Positions 18,527 through 29,504 are shown, counted from the stretch's first letter. The stretch is 56,210 bases of DNA from Deltaproteobacteria bacterium (GCA_016875025.1 VGSH01000003.1:1-56210); one strand, 5' to 3'. Numbers and translations: made by a program. Notes: generated from the letters alone by a model not told the origin.

Positions 18527-19348
18527 TTATTCTGTTTTAACGTACATTGAATGGCCCGCATATTTGAAGCCCAAAGGCAGCTCGATCGGCATCGGCTCGC
18601 ACAGGCCCATGACCAGCAGGCCGCCGGGCCTCAGAACCCGGTGCATGCCGGTGAAAATTTCATTGCGCAGGCTCTGGCCGAAGTACATGAACACGTTGCG
18701 GCAGAAGATAACATCAAGCGCACGGCTGAAGGGCAGGGGTTGGGTCAGGTTGAAGTGTTTAAATCGCACCATGGTTTTAATGTGGGGCTTGATGCTGAAG
18801 CAATCACCGCCGTCCTGCTCGAGATAGCGCATCAGGAACGCCTTGTAATCGGCCGGGGTGCGCTCGATGTTGCAGCGGTGGTAGACGCCTTCAACTGCGC
18901 GCCTGAGCACGCTGCGATCGATGTCCGAGCCGGTTATTCTGACCATGTGGAGCGGAATCTCCCGTTTCGCGGACCATGCATGTACGGTCATCGCAATGCT
19001 GTAGGCTTCCTCGCCGCTTGAGCTGGCCGCGCTCCAAATTCTGAACGTTCGGGTGGGATTGAGATGCCTGTCCAGATAGTTCTCAAGGGCGCCCAGGTGA
19101 ATGCCGTCCCTGAAAAAGAAGGTTTCATTGGTGGTGACCGCCTCAATGGCATGCGCTGTTTCGCCGGGCTGTTTCCTGATCAGGGAAATGTACTGGCCAT
19201 AATCAGCAAGGCCCAGGGCGCGCAGGCGCCGGCTGAGCTTTGTAGACAGGTGCGTGCGGCCCCTGAAGCGGATTCCGGTCCTGTCCGTCAGCAGCTGCTG
19301 CAGCACTGAAAACTGCCGATCATCCATTTCATATGTGCCGTCAGTCAT
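18527..19348 (-). CDS. cheR: CheR-type protein-glutamate methyltransferase
   Basis: TTNETFFFR, IWSAASSSGEEAYS, GSDID, IFCRNVFMYF; start uncertain (ATG 19348 chosen). Confidence 0.92.
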   Translation of the reverse strand: MTDGTYEMDDRQFSVLQQLLTDRTGIRFRGRTHLSTKLSRRLRALGLADYGQYISLIRKQPGETAHAIEAVTTNETFFFRDGIHLGALENYLDRHLNPTRTFRIWSAASSSGEEAYSIAMTVHAWSAKREIPLHMVRITGSDIDRSVLRRAVEGVYHRCNIERTPADYKAFLMRYLEQDGGDCFSIKPHIKTMVRFKHFNLTQPLPFSRALDVIFCRNVFMYFGQSLRNEIFTGMHRVLRPGGLLVMGLCEPMPIELPLGFKYAGHSMYVKTE

Positions 19349-19656
19349 GATTAATGCAGGATCAAGGTTCAGCGGCAGTGTGCCGGCGCACAGGGCATCT
19401 GCCTTCTTTATCGAAGGCGTTCCCTTACCGGACGGCAGTCCGGTCATTGCAAATATCTGCATTAGTATAACGAAAAAAAATCCGCTGTGCCACCGGCCGT
19501 GCCTGCAGGCCCAGAATCGCGGCTCAGCAGGACTTTTTTTCAGGCGTTTTCCGGTTCTGCTTGCCTTCAGCGGTTTTTTTTAGTAGACTGCCTGAATACG
19601 CCTGCCCGGGTTTTGAAACCCGCATGCGCAGCGCTTCACCACGGAGGATGCACCCC

Positions 19657-19971
19657 ATGATTGAGTCCCTTACACGCATTAAACAGTCCGAACAGGCGGC
19701 AGATGAGCGCATGCGGGCTTCCGAGAAAAAAGCCCTTGCGCTTGTGGACCAGGCTGCCGTTGATGCCAGGGCCCTGATCGCGCAGGCTGAAACGTCCGCG
19801 GCAGCACAAGCCGGCACTATGATGGAGCAAGCCTGTACGGACGCCCGGAGCGAAGCTGAAAAAATTATCCAGGCCGGCCGGGCTGATGCCGGCCGTATTG
19901 CCGCACAGGGGCAGGGCAGGCTCGGCGCTGCCGCCAGCCTGATTGTTGCGCATATCATAGGAGAAGCCTGA
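19657..19971 (+). CDS. atpH: A/V-type ATPase subunit H/G (peripheral stalk)
   Basis: Ala/Glu-rich coiled coil; first gene of the operon; GGAGG RBS at 19643. Confidence 0.8.
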   Translation: MIESLTRIKQSEQAADERMRASEKKALALVDQAAVDARALIAQAETSAAAQAGTMMEQACTDARSEAEKIIQAGRADAGRIAAQGQGRLGAAASLIVAHIIGEA

Positions 19972-19972
19972 G

Positions 19973-21925
19973 ATGTTTTTTCCCGAGCGCATGAAGCGCA
20001 TCCGGCTGCTGGCGCATGCATCCTGCAGGCAGGCTGCGGTCAAGAAACTGCACGAACTCGGCGCTGTCCAGATAACCGATTTTCGCACCACACTGACCCG
20101 TTCCGAATGGAAGGACCTTCTGCAGGCCCATCCCGCATCTTCTGACGTGCGCCGGATCACCACGCAGCTCATGGGTCTTAACCGGCTGCTGGATGTTTTT
20201 GCCACGATCGCGCCTGAGCTGCAGGAAGGTTTTTTTAAAACCCTGTTCGCTCCGGCTCCGCCTGAGAAAATCAGGGTTGAGGATCTGTCCGGGGAGGCAC
20301 TTTTCCAGGAGGTGCAGGCTTTGCTCGGCACGGCTGACGCAGCGGTTGCCCAACCCCTTGAGATGCTTGAAAAGGCAGCTGCCGAACGGGCTGAGCTTGC
20401 GGCCCAGCGCGCTGCCTTTGCCCAGATCGCCTCGCTTGGGGTGCGTCTGGCCGATATCGGCCAGGGTTCGTTCGTGCATAGTTTTCTGGGGCTGGGCCCC
20501 GCACGGGAGTACACGCAGCTCGCAGCCGACATAGAGGCGCTTGCGGGCGGTTTGAGCGTTTGTGAGGCCAGAAGTGTTGCGGACGAAAAAACATGCCTGC
20601 TGGTGATCTGCCCGGCCGCATGCGCTGATGAGGTATACCAGCTGCTCAGAAAAAACGATGTCGAGCGCATTGCCGCCGGTCGCTTTGCGGGCACGCCTGC
20701 TGAAGCGCTTCGCGACATTGACAGCCGAATGCGTGAGCTTGATGAGAATCAGAGCGCAAGCCGTGCCGCGATTATGGATGCGGCCGGCAGCCATCGCAGC
20801 CGCCTCAAGGCCCTGCGTGAGCTTCTGCTCATTGAGCGCGAGCGCTGCGACGCCTGCGCCGGCTTTGCGCGCACCGGTCAGGTGGTTGCCATTGAAGGCT
20901 GGATAATCGCCAAACAGGCCGAGGCGGTCGCACGTGAGCTTGAGTCGGCCCTGGGCGGGCTGGCGGCCGTGTTTATAACCGAGCCGGATGAGCCTGAGGA
21001 AAAGCTGCCTGTGGCGCTCAACAACCCCGGCATCCTGAAGCATTTCGAGCTGCTGGTCAAGCTCTACGCCCCGCCGAAATATAATGAGATCGACCCCACC
21101 GTGCTGATTGTGCCCACGTTTTTGTTTTTCTTCGGGTTAATGATCACCGATGCCGTGTACGGTTTGATGACGCTTCTGCTGGGAATTTTTATTCTGCGCG
21201 GCGGCGGCAAATACTATCCGCTGTATAAGAGCTGCGGCATTATGCTGGCCCTGGGAGGAGCCTCCACAATCGTACTGGGCGCACTGACCGGCGGATGGCT
21301 CGGCAATCTTTTTGTTGACTATCTCGGCCTTACATTTTTTAACAGCATGGTCGTTATCAATCCCATGGTCGACGTTTCCGACTTTCTCGTGTTTGCCATC
21401 GCCGTGGGCGTGCTGCATCTGAATGTCGGCGCGGTCGTGGGCATCATAAAGGACGTTCGCTGCGCGAACGTCCCCTCAGCCCTGAAGAACGTGTGGATCT
21501 TTTTCATGGAAATCAGCCTTATCTGCTATTATTACAAGGCGCAGGCGCCTGCCCTCGTGTTCGGCGTGCTTGCGCTTGTGTTTCTGCTTTACAGCGCCAA
21601 GGGCATGGCCCTGTTCGGCCTGACAGGTTTTCTGGGCGATTCGCTGTCCTATGCTCGCCTGATGGCCCTTGGCCTCGTGAGCTTCGGTCTGGCCGTGGCG
21701 ATCAATGCGTTGGCGAAAATGGTGTGGGGTATTGACTATGTCGGCTGGCTCATTGCCCTGCTGATTTTGATCGGCGGGCATCTGTTCAGCTTCGTGCTGA
21801 ATTTGATGGGTGCGTTCGCGCACGGTATCCGGCTGCATTTTGTCGAGTTCTTCGGGAAGTTTTACGAGGGTGGCGGCGAGGATTTTACCCCCTTTAGCAT
21901 CAAGCGTCGCATAACGGAGCTGTAA
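19973..21925 (+). CDS. atpI: A/V-type ATPase subunit I (a)
   Basis: PKYNEIDPT, FFGLMITDAVYG, SYARLMAL, HGIRLHFVEFFGKFY. Confidence 0.96.
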   Translation: MFFPERMKRIRLLAHASCRQAAVKKLHELGAVQITDFRTTLTRSEWKDLLQAHPASSDVRRITTQLMGLNRLLDVFATIAPELQEGFFKTLFAPAPPEKIRVEDLSGEALFQEVQALLGTADAAVAQPLEMLEKAAAERAELAAQRAAFAQIASLGVRLADIGQGSFVHSFLGLGPAREYTQLAADIEALAGGLSVCEARSVADEKTCLLVICPAACADEVYQLLRKNDVERIAAGRFAGTPAEALRDIDSRMRELDENQSASRAAIMDAAGSHRSRLKALRELLLIERERCDACAGFARTGQVVAIEGWIIAKQAEAVARELESALGGLAAVFITEPDEPEEKLPVALNNPGILKHFELLVKLYAPPKYNEIDPTVLIVPTFLFFFGLMITDAVYGLMTLLLGIFILRGGGKYYPLYKSCGIMLALGGASTIVLGALTGGWLGNLFVDYLGLTFFNSMVVINPMVDVSDFLVFAIAVGVLHLNVGAVVGIIKDVRCANVPSALKNVWIFFMEISLICYYYKAQAPALVFGVLALVFLLYSAKGMALFGLTGFLGDSLSYARLMALGLVSFGLAVAINALAKMVWGIDYVGWLIALLILIGGHLFSFVLNLMGAFAHGIRLHFVEFFGKFYEGGGEDFTPFSIKRRITEL

Positions 21926-22019
21926 CGGTTTCCGGGCGTCTGCCGCAGGCAGGCCCGGGATAGAACATAGAACGAGAACAGAAGCGTTGTTTTTTATTTA
22001 ATCAGATGGAGGTAGAGGC

Positions 22020-22508
22020 ATGCAGGAAGTACAATTCACCTTAGGCTTGGGACTGGCGGCCCTCGGCGCAGGGCTTGCCATGGGTGTTGCGGCGATCGGT
22101 TCCGGTATCGGCGTCGGTATTGCCGGCGCGGCCGGTGCGGGCGTTATTGCCGAGGACACCAAGAAATTCGGCTCTGTCCTGATACTGCAGGCTTTTCCGC
22201 AGACCCAGGGTATTTACGGCTTTGTCACGGCCGTTTTGATCCTGATGGGTGTCGGCCTGCTGGGTGGTACGCCCAAGCCGATTTCAATGGAACTGGGCCT
22301 GATCTGTCTGGGCGCGGGCCTTTCCTCGGCTCTGGGCGGCATTACCGCTATCGGTCAGGGCATTACCGCAGGTGCCGGTATGGGCTCGGTTGCCAAGAAT
22401 CCGGCTTCGCTCGGCCAGAACATGGTGCTGGCGGTCATGTCTGAAACATTTGCCGTGTTTTCGCTGCTGATCGCCATTTTGATCATGGTCGGCGCCGGCA
22501 TTATGTAG
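22020..22508 (+). CDS. atpK: A/V-type ATPase subunit K (c), four TM helices
   Basis: Duplicated hairpin; PQTQGIY in the first half, single Glu in MSETF in the second. Confidence 0.95.
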   Translation: MQEVQFTLGLGLAALGAGLAMGVAAIGSGIGVGIAGAAGAGVIAEDTKKFGSVLILQAFPQTQGIYGFVTAVLILMGVGLLGGTPKPISMELGLICLGAGLSSALGGITAIGQGITAGAGMGSVAKNPASLGQNMVLAVMSETFAVFSLLIAILIMVGAGIM

Positions 22509-22577
22509 CATGCACCTGAGCTGTGGCGGGGCGCACCTGACAGGGGCGCCTTCACCCGTCTATGAAAGGATCTGTTG

Positions 22578-23222
22578 ATGGCAGGCGGAGTAGATAAAAT
22601 AATAGCGCAGATCGAAAAAACCGCTGAGGAAAAAGTGGCCGATATTCTGGCCGAAGCCCGCAGCAGGGCCGATGCGCTGCTGGCTGAAGCGCGCACGCAG
22701 GCCTCCGAACAGGAACGCGCAGCGCTTGCACGCGGTGAGCAGGAGGCCCGTCGGGAAACACAGCGTATTCTGGCCGAGGCGCGCATACAGGCCCGGCGCG
22801 CGCGCGTGCAGGCTCAGGAGGACAGTGTCCGCCAGGCCTTTGATCAGGCGCGCCAGATGCTTCAGGCCCTGGCTGACAAAGGGGACGCCGGCGGTTTTTC
22901 CTATACGGAAATCTTAAAGCGGCTCATTGTTGAATCAGTCGCGGCAACCGACACTGCCGAGCTGGAGGTGCTGGTGCGTCAGGCCGACCGGGCGCTGCTG
23001 ACCGCCGAACTGCTCAGCGCTGTTGCGGCCGAGGCCGGCCGCGCAACCGGCCGCAATATCGTTTTGACGCTGAGCCCTGAAGCGCTTGCATGCGCGGGCG
23101 GCGCAGTGGTGCGCAGCCGTGACGGCCGGGTAAGGGTTGACAACACATTCGAGGCCCGCACCGCCCGGTTCATGGACGCGATCCGTACCCGGGTTGCCAG
23201 GGAACTTTTCGCCGGGGAGTAA
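22578..23222 (+). CDS. atpE: A/V-type ATPase subunit E
   Basis: N-terminal coiled coil; GGAVVRSRDGRVRVDNTFEAR. Confidence 0.92.
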   Translation: MAGGVDKIIAQIEKTAEEKVADILAEARSRADALLAEARTQASEQERAALARGEQEARRETQRILAEARIQARRARVQAQEDSVRQAFDQARQMLQALADKGDAGGFSYTEILKRLIVESVAATDTAELEVLVRQADRALLTAELLSAVAAEAGRATGRNIVLTLSPEALACAGGAVVRSRDGRVRVDNTFEARTARFMDAIRTRVARELFAGE

Positions 23223-23225
23223 TGC

Positions 23226-24347
23226 ATGGAAAGTAATTTTTTACTGGTTCTCGGGCTGATCGTGCTGGGCCTGGCGCTGCCGCTGCTTGTTTTCCTCATG
23301 CGACTGCTCAGCTCTATCCTGCCCTACCTGTATGCCACGGCGCGCATCCGTGCCAAAGAGGCGCGGCTTCTCAAGCCCGAAACCCTGGAGGAAATGATCA
23401 ATACCGGCTCGGTGGCTGAGATCGCCTCGCTGCTTGAAAATACGGAATACGCCCTGGCCATGCAGGGCCTGGTGCTTGAGAGTGCCGAATCGATCGAACA
23501 GCTGCTTGAGCGGCAGACCGCGGACATCTACAGCGAAGTCGCGGCGCTGGTGCCCGCAAAGGTGCAGGGAGCTTTTTCTTTTCTGCGCCGGCAGTGGGAT
23601 GTGCGTAATGTGAAAACCGTGCTGCGCGGCGTGCGCGCAGGTCTTGCTGCTGAAAAAATAATGGCCTCTGTTCTGCCGTTCGGCACCCTGGACACCGAGC
23701 TTTTGAAAAAAATGGCCGAGGGCTCCGGTATTGATGATGTGCTGCCCCTGCTTGAGGCAACACCCTACGGAGCGCTGGCCCAGATGCTGCCGGCCTATGA
23801 ACAGGAGGCAAGCCTGCTGCCGCTTGAGGCTACGCTTGACAAAGTGCTGCTCGAGGGCATGTGGCGAGAGGTTGAAGCGCGAGGGCCCCTGCAGGTGCTG
23901 CAGCCTTTCTGTGCCGCGCGTATTGACGCTTTGAATATACAGATACTGCTGCGCGCCAAGCGCGATCATCTGCTGCTGGCCGATGTCGAGCCGTACCTGA
24001 TCAGCGGCGCTCAGGCCTCGCAGTGTCTTATCAGGGCCTTTGACGAGGTTGATGATGTCAGCGCGCTCGTAAGCGAACTGGAAGGCACGCTCTACTATAA
24101 GCCGGTCATGGATGCGCTGGCCGATTATGACCGCAACGGGTCCCTGTTCGCTCTTGAAAAGGCGCTGGATGAAACTGCGTTGGCTGTGGGCCGCGATACG
24201 GCCGTTAAGCAGCCCTACGGAATTGCTCCGGTTGCAGGGTTTCTGGCGCGCAAGGATGTGGAGGTGCGCACGATCAGGGCGATTGCACGCGCCAAGGAAG
24301 CCGGCCTTGCGCCCGAATATATCCGTGAGCTGGTGGTAAACGTATAA
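23226..24347 (+). CDS. atpC: A/V-type ATPase subunit C with N-terminal hydrophobic helix
   Basis: YATARIRAKEARLL, WDVRNVKTVLR, IDALNI, EVRTIRAIA. Confidence 0.92.
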   Translation: MESNFLLVLGLIVLGLALPLLVFLMRLLSSILPYLYATARIRAKEARLLKPETLEEMINTGSVAEIASLLENTEYALAMQGLVLESAESIEQLLERQTADIYSEVAALVPAKVQGAFSFLRRQWDVRNVKTVLRGVRAGLAAEKIMASVLPFGTLDTELLKKMAEGSGIDDVLPLLEATPYGALAQMLPAYEQEASLLPLEATLDKVLLEGMWREVEARGPLQVLQPFCAARIDALNIQILLRAKRDHLLLADVEPYLISGAQASQCLIRAFDEVDDVSALVSELEGTLYYKPVMDALADYDRNGSLFALEKALDETALAVGRDTAVKQPYGIAPVAGFLARKDVEVRTIRAIARAKEAGLAPEYIRELVVNV

Positions 24348-24411
24348 ATCAGCGGACTGCCGGGGGCGTATGAGCCCCGGGCGCCGGGTTTTGTTTGATG
24401 GAGTATATGCG

Positions 24412-24729
24412 ATGGAACTGGTTGTGATGGCCGATGAACATTCCGCAACGGCGTTCCGGCTTGCCGGGGTCAGGCGGGTCTATGACGGCGGCGCCGGCGA
24501 GGAGCAGCTGCACAGCCTGCTTGCCGATGACAAGGTCGGCATGCTGATTGTAACCGAGCGCGTTGCCGATACGCATCGCCGCATGATTGATGATCACAAG
24601 GCGTCAAAACGCATTACACCGATCGTGGTCGAGGTTCCGGATGTGAACGGGCCTGTAGAGCGCGAGATTGATCCGATCCGCGAGCTTATCCGGCGCGCGA
24701 TAGGGGCGGATGTGACCGCCAAGGCATAA
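24412..24729 (+). CDS. atpF: A/V-type ATPase subunit F
   Basis: ADEHSATAFRLAGV, PIVVEVP, IRRAIGAD. Confidence 0.92.
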   Translation: MELVVMADEHSATAFRLAGVRRVYDGGAGEEQLHSLLADDKVGMLIVTERVADTHRRMIDDHKASKRITPIVVEVPDVNGPVEREIDPIRELIRRAIGADVTAKA

Positions 24730-24830
24730 CACGTCTGTGTATGGAAGGTTTACGGGCGCCGCGGGTTATCTGCACTGCAGATCCGGCCGGTGCGTCCGGG
24801 AAATGAATTTTTAACAGGGAGGGTCCCAAT

Positions 24831-26597
24831 TTGCCCGAATTCAAAGATGGAACTATTAAAAGCATAGCCGGTCCGCTTGTGATCGCCAAGGGATTGGCGG
24901 GCTGTCGGATGTATGAGGTTGTCCGGGTCGGCGAAGAGAGCCTCATGGGTGAAACCATTCGGCTGGACGGCGAAGAGGCCTATATTCAGGTTTATGAAGA
25001 CACCTCCGGCCTGAAACCGGGAGCGCCCGTGATGCGCACCGGCGAGCCCCTCTCTGTTGAGCTGGGCCCCGGCATCATGAAGAATTTCTACGACGGCATT
25101 CAGCGGCCCCTGCTCGATATAAAGAAACAGGCCGGTGACTATATCACGCGCGGCATCGTGGCCCCGGGTCTTGACCCGCAGAGGAAATGGGATTTTACCC
25201 CGGTGGCCGCAGTCGGCGCGCAGCTTGAAGAAGGTGACGTGCTCGGTACGGTTCCTGAAACACAGGTTATCACGCACAAAATCATGGTGCCGCCGGGTAT
25301 GCGCGGCAAACTGCTTGAAATCAAGCCGGGAGCATTTACGGTTGATGAAACCGTGGCCGTGCTTGAGCATGACGGCAAGCGTATAAATATGACCATGAAA
25401 CAGAAATGGCCGGTGCGCATCAATCGCCCCAATAAGCGCAAGCTTGATCCCAGTGTGCCGCTTCTGACAGGTCAGCGCATCTATGACACGTTTTTCCCCA
25501 TGGCCAAGGGCGGTACGGCTGCCCTTCCCGGAGGGTTCGGAACCGGCAAAACCGTCAGCCAGCACCAGGTTGCCCGCTGGGCCGATGCCCAGGTCGTGGT
25601 GTACGTGGGCTGCGGTGAGCGCGGCAATGAGATGACCGAAGTGCTCGAGACGTTTCCGGAAATCGATGATCCCAAGACCGGCTATAAGCTGATGGAGCGC
25701 TCGACCCTGATCGCCAACACGTCCAACATGCCGGTTGCGGCCCGCGAGGCCTCGATCTACACGGGCGTGACCATTGCCGAATATTACCGCGACATGGGCT
25801 ACGATGTGGCCATTATGGCCGATTCGACCTCGCGCTGGGCCGAGGCCCTGCGCGAAATCTCGGGCCGTCTTGAGGAAATGCCCGGTGAAGAGGGCTACCC
25901 GGCCTACCTGGCAACGCGTATCGCGAGCTTCTACGAGCGCGCAGGCCGCGTCGTAACCCTGGGCAGCGATGAGCGCTTCGGTTCGGTTTCGATTATCGGC
26001 GCGGTGTCGCCTCCGGGCGGTGATCTCTCAGAGCCGGTTGCGCAGAACACGCTGCGCGTGGTGAGCGCGTTCTGGGCGCTTGACTCGACCCTGGCTGACC
26101 GCCGGCACTTTCCGGCCATCAACTGGCTCCGGAGCTATTCGCTGTACCTTGATTTTACCAGGGCCTGGTATGATGAGAACGCAACCGCGGCGTTTCGGCA
26201 GTTTCGCACCCGAACCATGATCATTTTGCAGGAGGAGTCCGAGCTGTCTGAAATCGTGCAGCTGATCGGTCCGGATGCGCTGCCTGAGCGCGAGCGTCTC
26301 ACTCTTGAAATCGCCCGCATGGTGCGCGAGGACTACCTGCAGCAGCACGCGTTTCACAAGGAGGACACATTCTGCCCTCTTGAAAAACAGCTCAAAATGC
26401 TCGCGACCATCATGACCTTTGAGGAGCTGGCGCTGCGCGCCCTGGAAAAGGGCGCAGGCATTGAAGCCATCAGCAAGCTGCCTGTCCGGGATGAAATTTC
26501 GCGCATGAAGTACATTACCAATGCATCCTTTAAAGAAGAACATGCAGCGCTCGAGACACGGATGCAGGAACAATTCAAAGCACTGGGAGATGCGTAA
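24831..26597 (+). CDS. atpA: A/V-type ATPase catalytic subunit A
   Basis: P-loop [38 protein letters not shown]; TTG start. Confidence 0.98.
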   Translation: MPEFKDGTIKSIAGPLVIAKGLAGCRMYEVVRVGEESLMGETIRLDGEEAYIQVYEDTSGLKPGAPVMRTGEPLSVELGPGIMKNFYDGIQRPLLDIKKQAGDYITRGIVAPGLDPQRKWDFTPVAAVGAQLEEGDVLGTVPETQVITHKIMVPPGMRGKLLEIKPGAFTVDETVAVLEHDGKRINMTMKQKWPVRINRPNKRKLDPSVPLLTGQRIYDTFFPMAKGGTAALPGGFGTGKTVSQHQVARWADAQVVVYVGCGERGNEMTEVLETFPEIDDPKTGYKLMERSTLIANTSNMPVAAREASIYTGVTIAEYYRDMGYDVAIMADSTSRWAEALREISGRLEEMPGEEGYPAYLATRIASFYERAGRVVTLGSDERFGSVSIIGAVSPPGGDLSEPVAQNTLRVVSAFWALDSTLADRRHFPAINWLRSYSLYLDFTRAWYDENATAAFRQFRTRTMIILQEESELSEIVQLIGPDALPERERLTLEIARMVREDYLQQHAFHKEDTFCPLEKQLKMLATIMTFEELALRALEKGAGIEAISKLPVRDEISRMKYITNASFKEEHAALETRMQEQFKALGDA

Positions 26598-27991
26598 TGA
26601 ATGCCGATATCAAGACCAGGGAGTACAGAACAGTTAAGGAAGTAGCCGGCCCTCTGATGGTCATTGAAGGGGTGGAAGGCGTAGCCTACGGTGAGGTCGT
26701 CCGCATTCGTACCGGTTCCGGCGAGGAGCGCACCGGCCAGGTGCTCGAGTCCCGCGAGGGGCTTTCGATTGTACAGGTTTTCGAAGGCACGGCCGGTATC
26801 GACACACGGGACACCACCGTGCGTTTTACCGGCGATACCATGAAACTGGCGGTTTCAAAGGACATGGTCGGCCGCTTTTTCGACGGCCTGGGACGTCCGA
26901 TCGACGACGGCCCCGAAATTATTTCCGATGTGCGCCTTGACATCAACGGCGCTTCGATCAACCCGGCTGCGCGCGCGTTTCCGGATGAATTCATCCAGAC
27001 CGGCATTTCCACCATCGACGGCATGAATACGCTGGTTCGCGGCCAGAAGCTGCCTATTTTCTCCGGGGCCGGCATGACGCACAACGAGCTTGCCGCGCAG
27101 ATCGCCCGCCAGGCCAAGGTGCTCAGCTCGACCGAGCCGTTTTCGGTCGTGTTTGCGGCCATGGGCATCACCAGTGAAGAGGCCAACTTCTTCATGCGCG
27201 ATTTTGAGCGCACCGGCGCCATGGAGCAGATCGTGGCCTTTATCAACCTGGCCGATGATCCGGCCATTGAGCGCATCATCACCCCGCGCATGGCCCTGAC
27301 AACGGCTGAATATCTTGCATTTGAGTGCGACATGCACGTGCTGGTCATTTTGACCGACATGACCAATTACTGCGAGGCCCTGCGGGAAATCGCCGCAGCG
27401 CGCGAAGAGGTTCCGGGACGGCGCGGATATCCCGGTTACATGTATACTGATCTGGCCTCGAGCTATGAACGGGCGGGGCGTATTCGCGGGCGCAAGGGCT
27501 CGATTACGCAGATGCCGATTCTGTCAATGCCCGATGACGACATCACGCACCCGATTCCCGACCTGACCGGCTACATCACCGAAGGGCAGTTCGTGCTCTC
27601 GCGCGACCTGCACCGCCGCGGCATTTACCCGCCGGTTGACGTGCTGCCCAGCCTTTCGCGCCTCATGAACCAGGGTATCGGTCCGAAGCGCACCCGCGAG
27701 GACCATTCCGGCGTGTCGGACCAGTGCTACGCGGCTTACGCAGAAGGCCGCGACGTGCGCAACCTGGTGGCGGTCGTAGGCGAAGAGGCCCTGACCGAGC
27801 GCGACCGGCGGTTCCTGAAATTTGCCGATGCCTTTGAAAAGGAATTCGTCATCCAGGGTCGCGATGAAAACCGCTCGATCGAGGAAACGCTCGATCTTGG
27901 CTGGCGCCTGCTCACGATCCTGTCCGAAGGCGAGCTCAAGCGCATCGACGCCGAGCATATTAAAAAATACCATCCCAATTACAAGAAGTAG
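26597..27991 (+). CDS. atpB: A/V-type ATPase subunit B
   Basis: [37 protein letters not shown]. Confidence 0.98.
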   Translation: MNADIKTREYRTVKEVAGPLMVIEGVEGVAYGEVVRIRTGSGEERTGQVLESREGLSIVQVFEGTAGIDTRDTTVRFTGDTMKLAVSKDMVGRFFDGLGRPIDDGPEIISDVRLDINGASINPAARAFPDEFIQTGISTIDGMNTLVRGQKLPIFSGAGMTHNELAAQIARQAKVLSSTEPFSVVFAAMGITSEEANFFMRDFERTGAMEQIVAFINLADDPAIERIITPRMALTTAEYLAFECDMHVLVILTDMTNYCEALREIAAAREEVPGRRGYPGYMYTDLASSYERAGRIRGRKGSITQMPILSMPDDDITHPIPDLTGYITEGQFVLSRDLHRRGIYPPVDVLPSLSRLMNQGIGPKRTREDHSGVSDQCYAAYAEGRDVRNLVAVVGEEALTERDRRFLKFADAFEKEFVIQGRDENRSIEETLDLGWRLLTILSEGELKRIDAEHIKKYHPNYKK

Positions 27992-28011
27992 CCTTGCGGG
28001 GAGCATGAACC

Positions 28012-28668
28012 ATGGCTGATATTATTGAGGGAACCAAACCGACCCGCATGGAGCTGCTGCAGCTGCGCAAGCGCGCGGTGCTGGCCGAGCGCGGGCACCG
28101 GCTCCTCAAGGAAAAGCGCGACGCACTGATATCAGAGTTTTTGAGTATTGCCGGCAATGTGCGCGCCATTCGCGAGGCTGCCCAGCAGCAGCTCGCCGCG
28201 GCTTACGCTGACATGCTGCAGGCTCAGGCCGTTATGGGGGTCGGGGTTGTGCGCGAAGTTTCCTGGAACACCGGCCAGGACCTGCAGGTGCGCATGAAAT
28301 CCCGCAACATCATGGGCGTGACCGTGCCGATCATTGAATCCGACAAGGCCGAGCGCAGCCTGATCCGCCGCGGCTACGGCTTTGCCGGCACAAGCGCCAA
28401 GCTGGACGAGGCCGCGAAGAAAATGGAGCAGGCCATCGAGGCTATTGTCCGCCTGGCCGAGGTTGAGGAAACCGTGCGCCGGCTTGCGCTCGAGGTTGAA
28501 AAAACCAAGCGGCGCGTGAACGCGCTTGAATACATTGTTGTTCCGCGGCTGCGGGCCACGGTCAAATATATCCGCATGCGCCTTGATGAAATCGAGCGTG
28601 AAAGCTTTACGCGCCTGAAAAAAATAAAAGCCGTGCTGGATAGCCGCGAGAAGCAGGCCGGGGCATGA
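28012..28668 (+). CDS. atpD: A/V-type ATPase subunit D
   Basis: PTRMELL, GHRLLKEKRDAL, KTKRRVNALEY. Confidence 0.97.
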   Translation: MADIIEGTKPTRMELLQLRKRAVLAERGHRLLKEKRDALISEFLSIAGNVRAIREAAQQQLAAAYADMLQAQAVMGVGVVREVSWNTGQDLQVRMKSRNIMGVTVPIIESDKAERSLIRRGYGFAGTSAKLDEAAKKMEQAIEAIVRLAEVEETVRRLALEVEKTKRRVNALEYIVVPRLRATVKYIRMRLDEIERESFTRLKKIKAVLDSREKQAGA

Positions 28669-28832
28669 CCGGCGGGCTGCTGTATGAGCATCACCGGGAG
28701 CGCAGCCGTCGCGAGGAAAAGCGCCGGTTTGCCCTGTTCCTGGCGGCTCAGTTCCTGCACTACGGTGCGCTGCTGTTGCTGCTGCTGGGGGGGCTTTTTT
28801 TCATAGTGCTGGGCGTGCGGGTGCTGCTCTGA
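28665..28832 (+). CDS. Small membrane protein, 55 aa, coupled to atpD (not in ORF track)
   Basis: ATGA overlap with the atpD stop; MTGGLLYEHHRERSRREEKRRFALFLAAQFLHYGALLLLLLGGLFFIVLGVRVLL*. Confidence 0.6.
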   Translation: MTGGLLYEHHRERSRREEKRRFALFLAAQFLHYGALLLLLLGGLFFIVLGVRVLL

Positions 28833-28908
28833 GCGCCGCAGCATGATCTGTACCGTCCGTCTTCTGGTAGTGTGTGCTATACTATAATCAGGAAGGAGGG
28901 CTGCCATC

Positions 28909-29355
28909 ATGTCAATGCCGATATCCCATATTATGCTGACAAAAGTGGTGATGTGCGAGGAGGTTACTTCGCTCCGGAAGACCGCCGAGCTGCTTCGTGC
29001 TGAACATGTCGGCTCAGTGCTGGTGGCCCATGGCGAGGAGATTGCCGGAATTATCACGGTCAATGATGTGCTGGCAGCGCTGCTGGCGGGCCGCGACCCT
29101 GACACAACCTGCGCCAGAGATATCATGTCCCGTCCGGTTCAGAGCATTGCCCAGGATATGAGCATTGAGGATGCGCTGCGCGCATTTGAACGCACCGGCT
29201 GCGCACGGCTGGTGGTCATGAGCGGCAGCAGAGTCGCAGGCATGCTGAAAAAATCGGTTGCCGAGCGTTTCAAGGGTCTGACGGGCCTGTATACGTTCAC
29301 GCCCGCGTCCCGGTCCCTGCCGTTTCGCCGCGGCAGCGGCAGTACGGCCACGTGA
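28909..29355 (+). CDS. CBS-pair domain protein
   Basis: HVGSVLV, GIITVND, DIMSRPV; AGGAGG RBS. Confidence 0.88.
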   Translation: MSMPISHIMLTKVVMCEEVTSLRKTAELLRAEHVGSVLVAHGEEIAGIITVNDVLAALLAGRDPDTTCARDIMSRPVQSIAQDMSIEDALRAFERTGCARLVVMSGSRVAGMLKKSVAERFKGLTGLYTFTPASRSLPFRRGSGSTAT

Positions 29356-29504
29356 CATCCGTTCGCCGCATTTTTAAGCTGCGCAACGGGATATTCTTGA
29401 CAGCCGGGAATGCCGTGCATAGTTTATAGGTATGCGGCATTCTTTTTTTTTGATATGAAGCTCTGCATGCTGAACCGGCTGCGATGTGCTCAAGGGTTGC
29501 TTCT

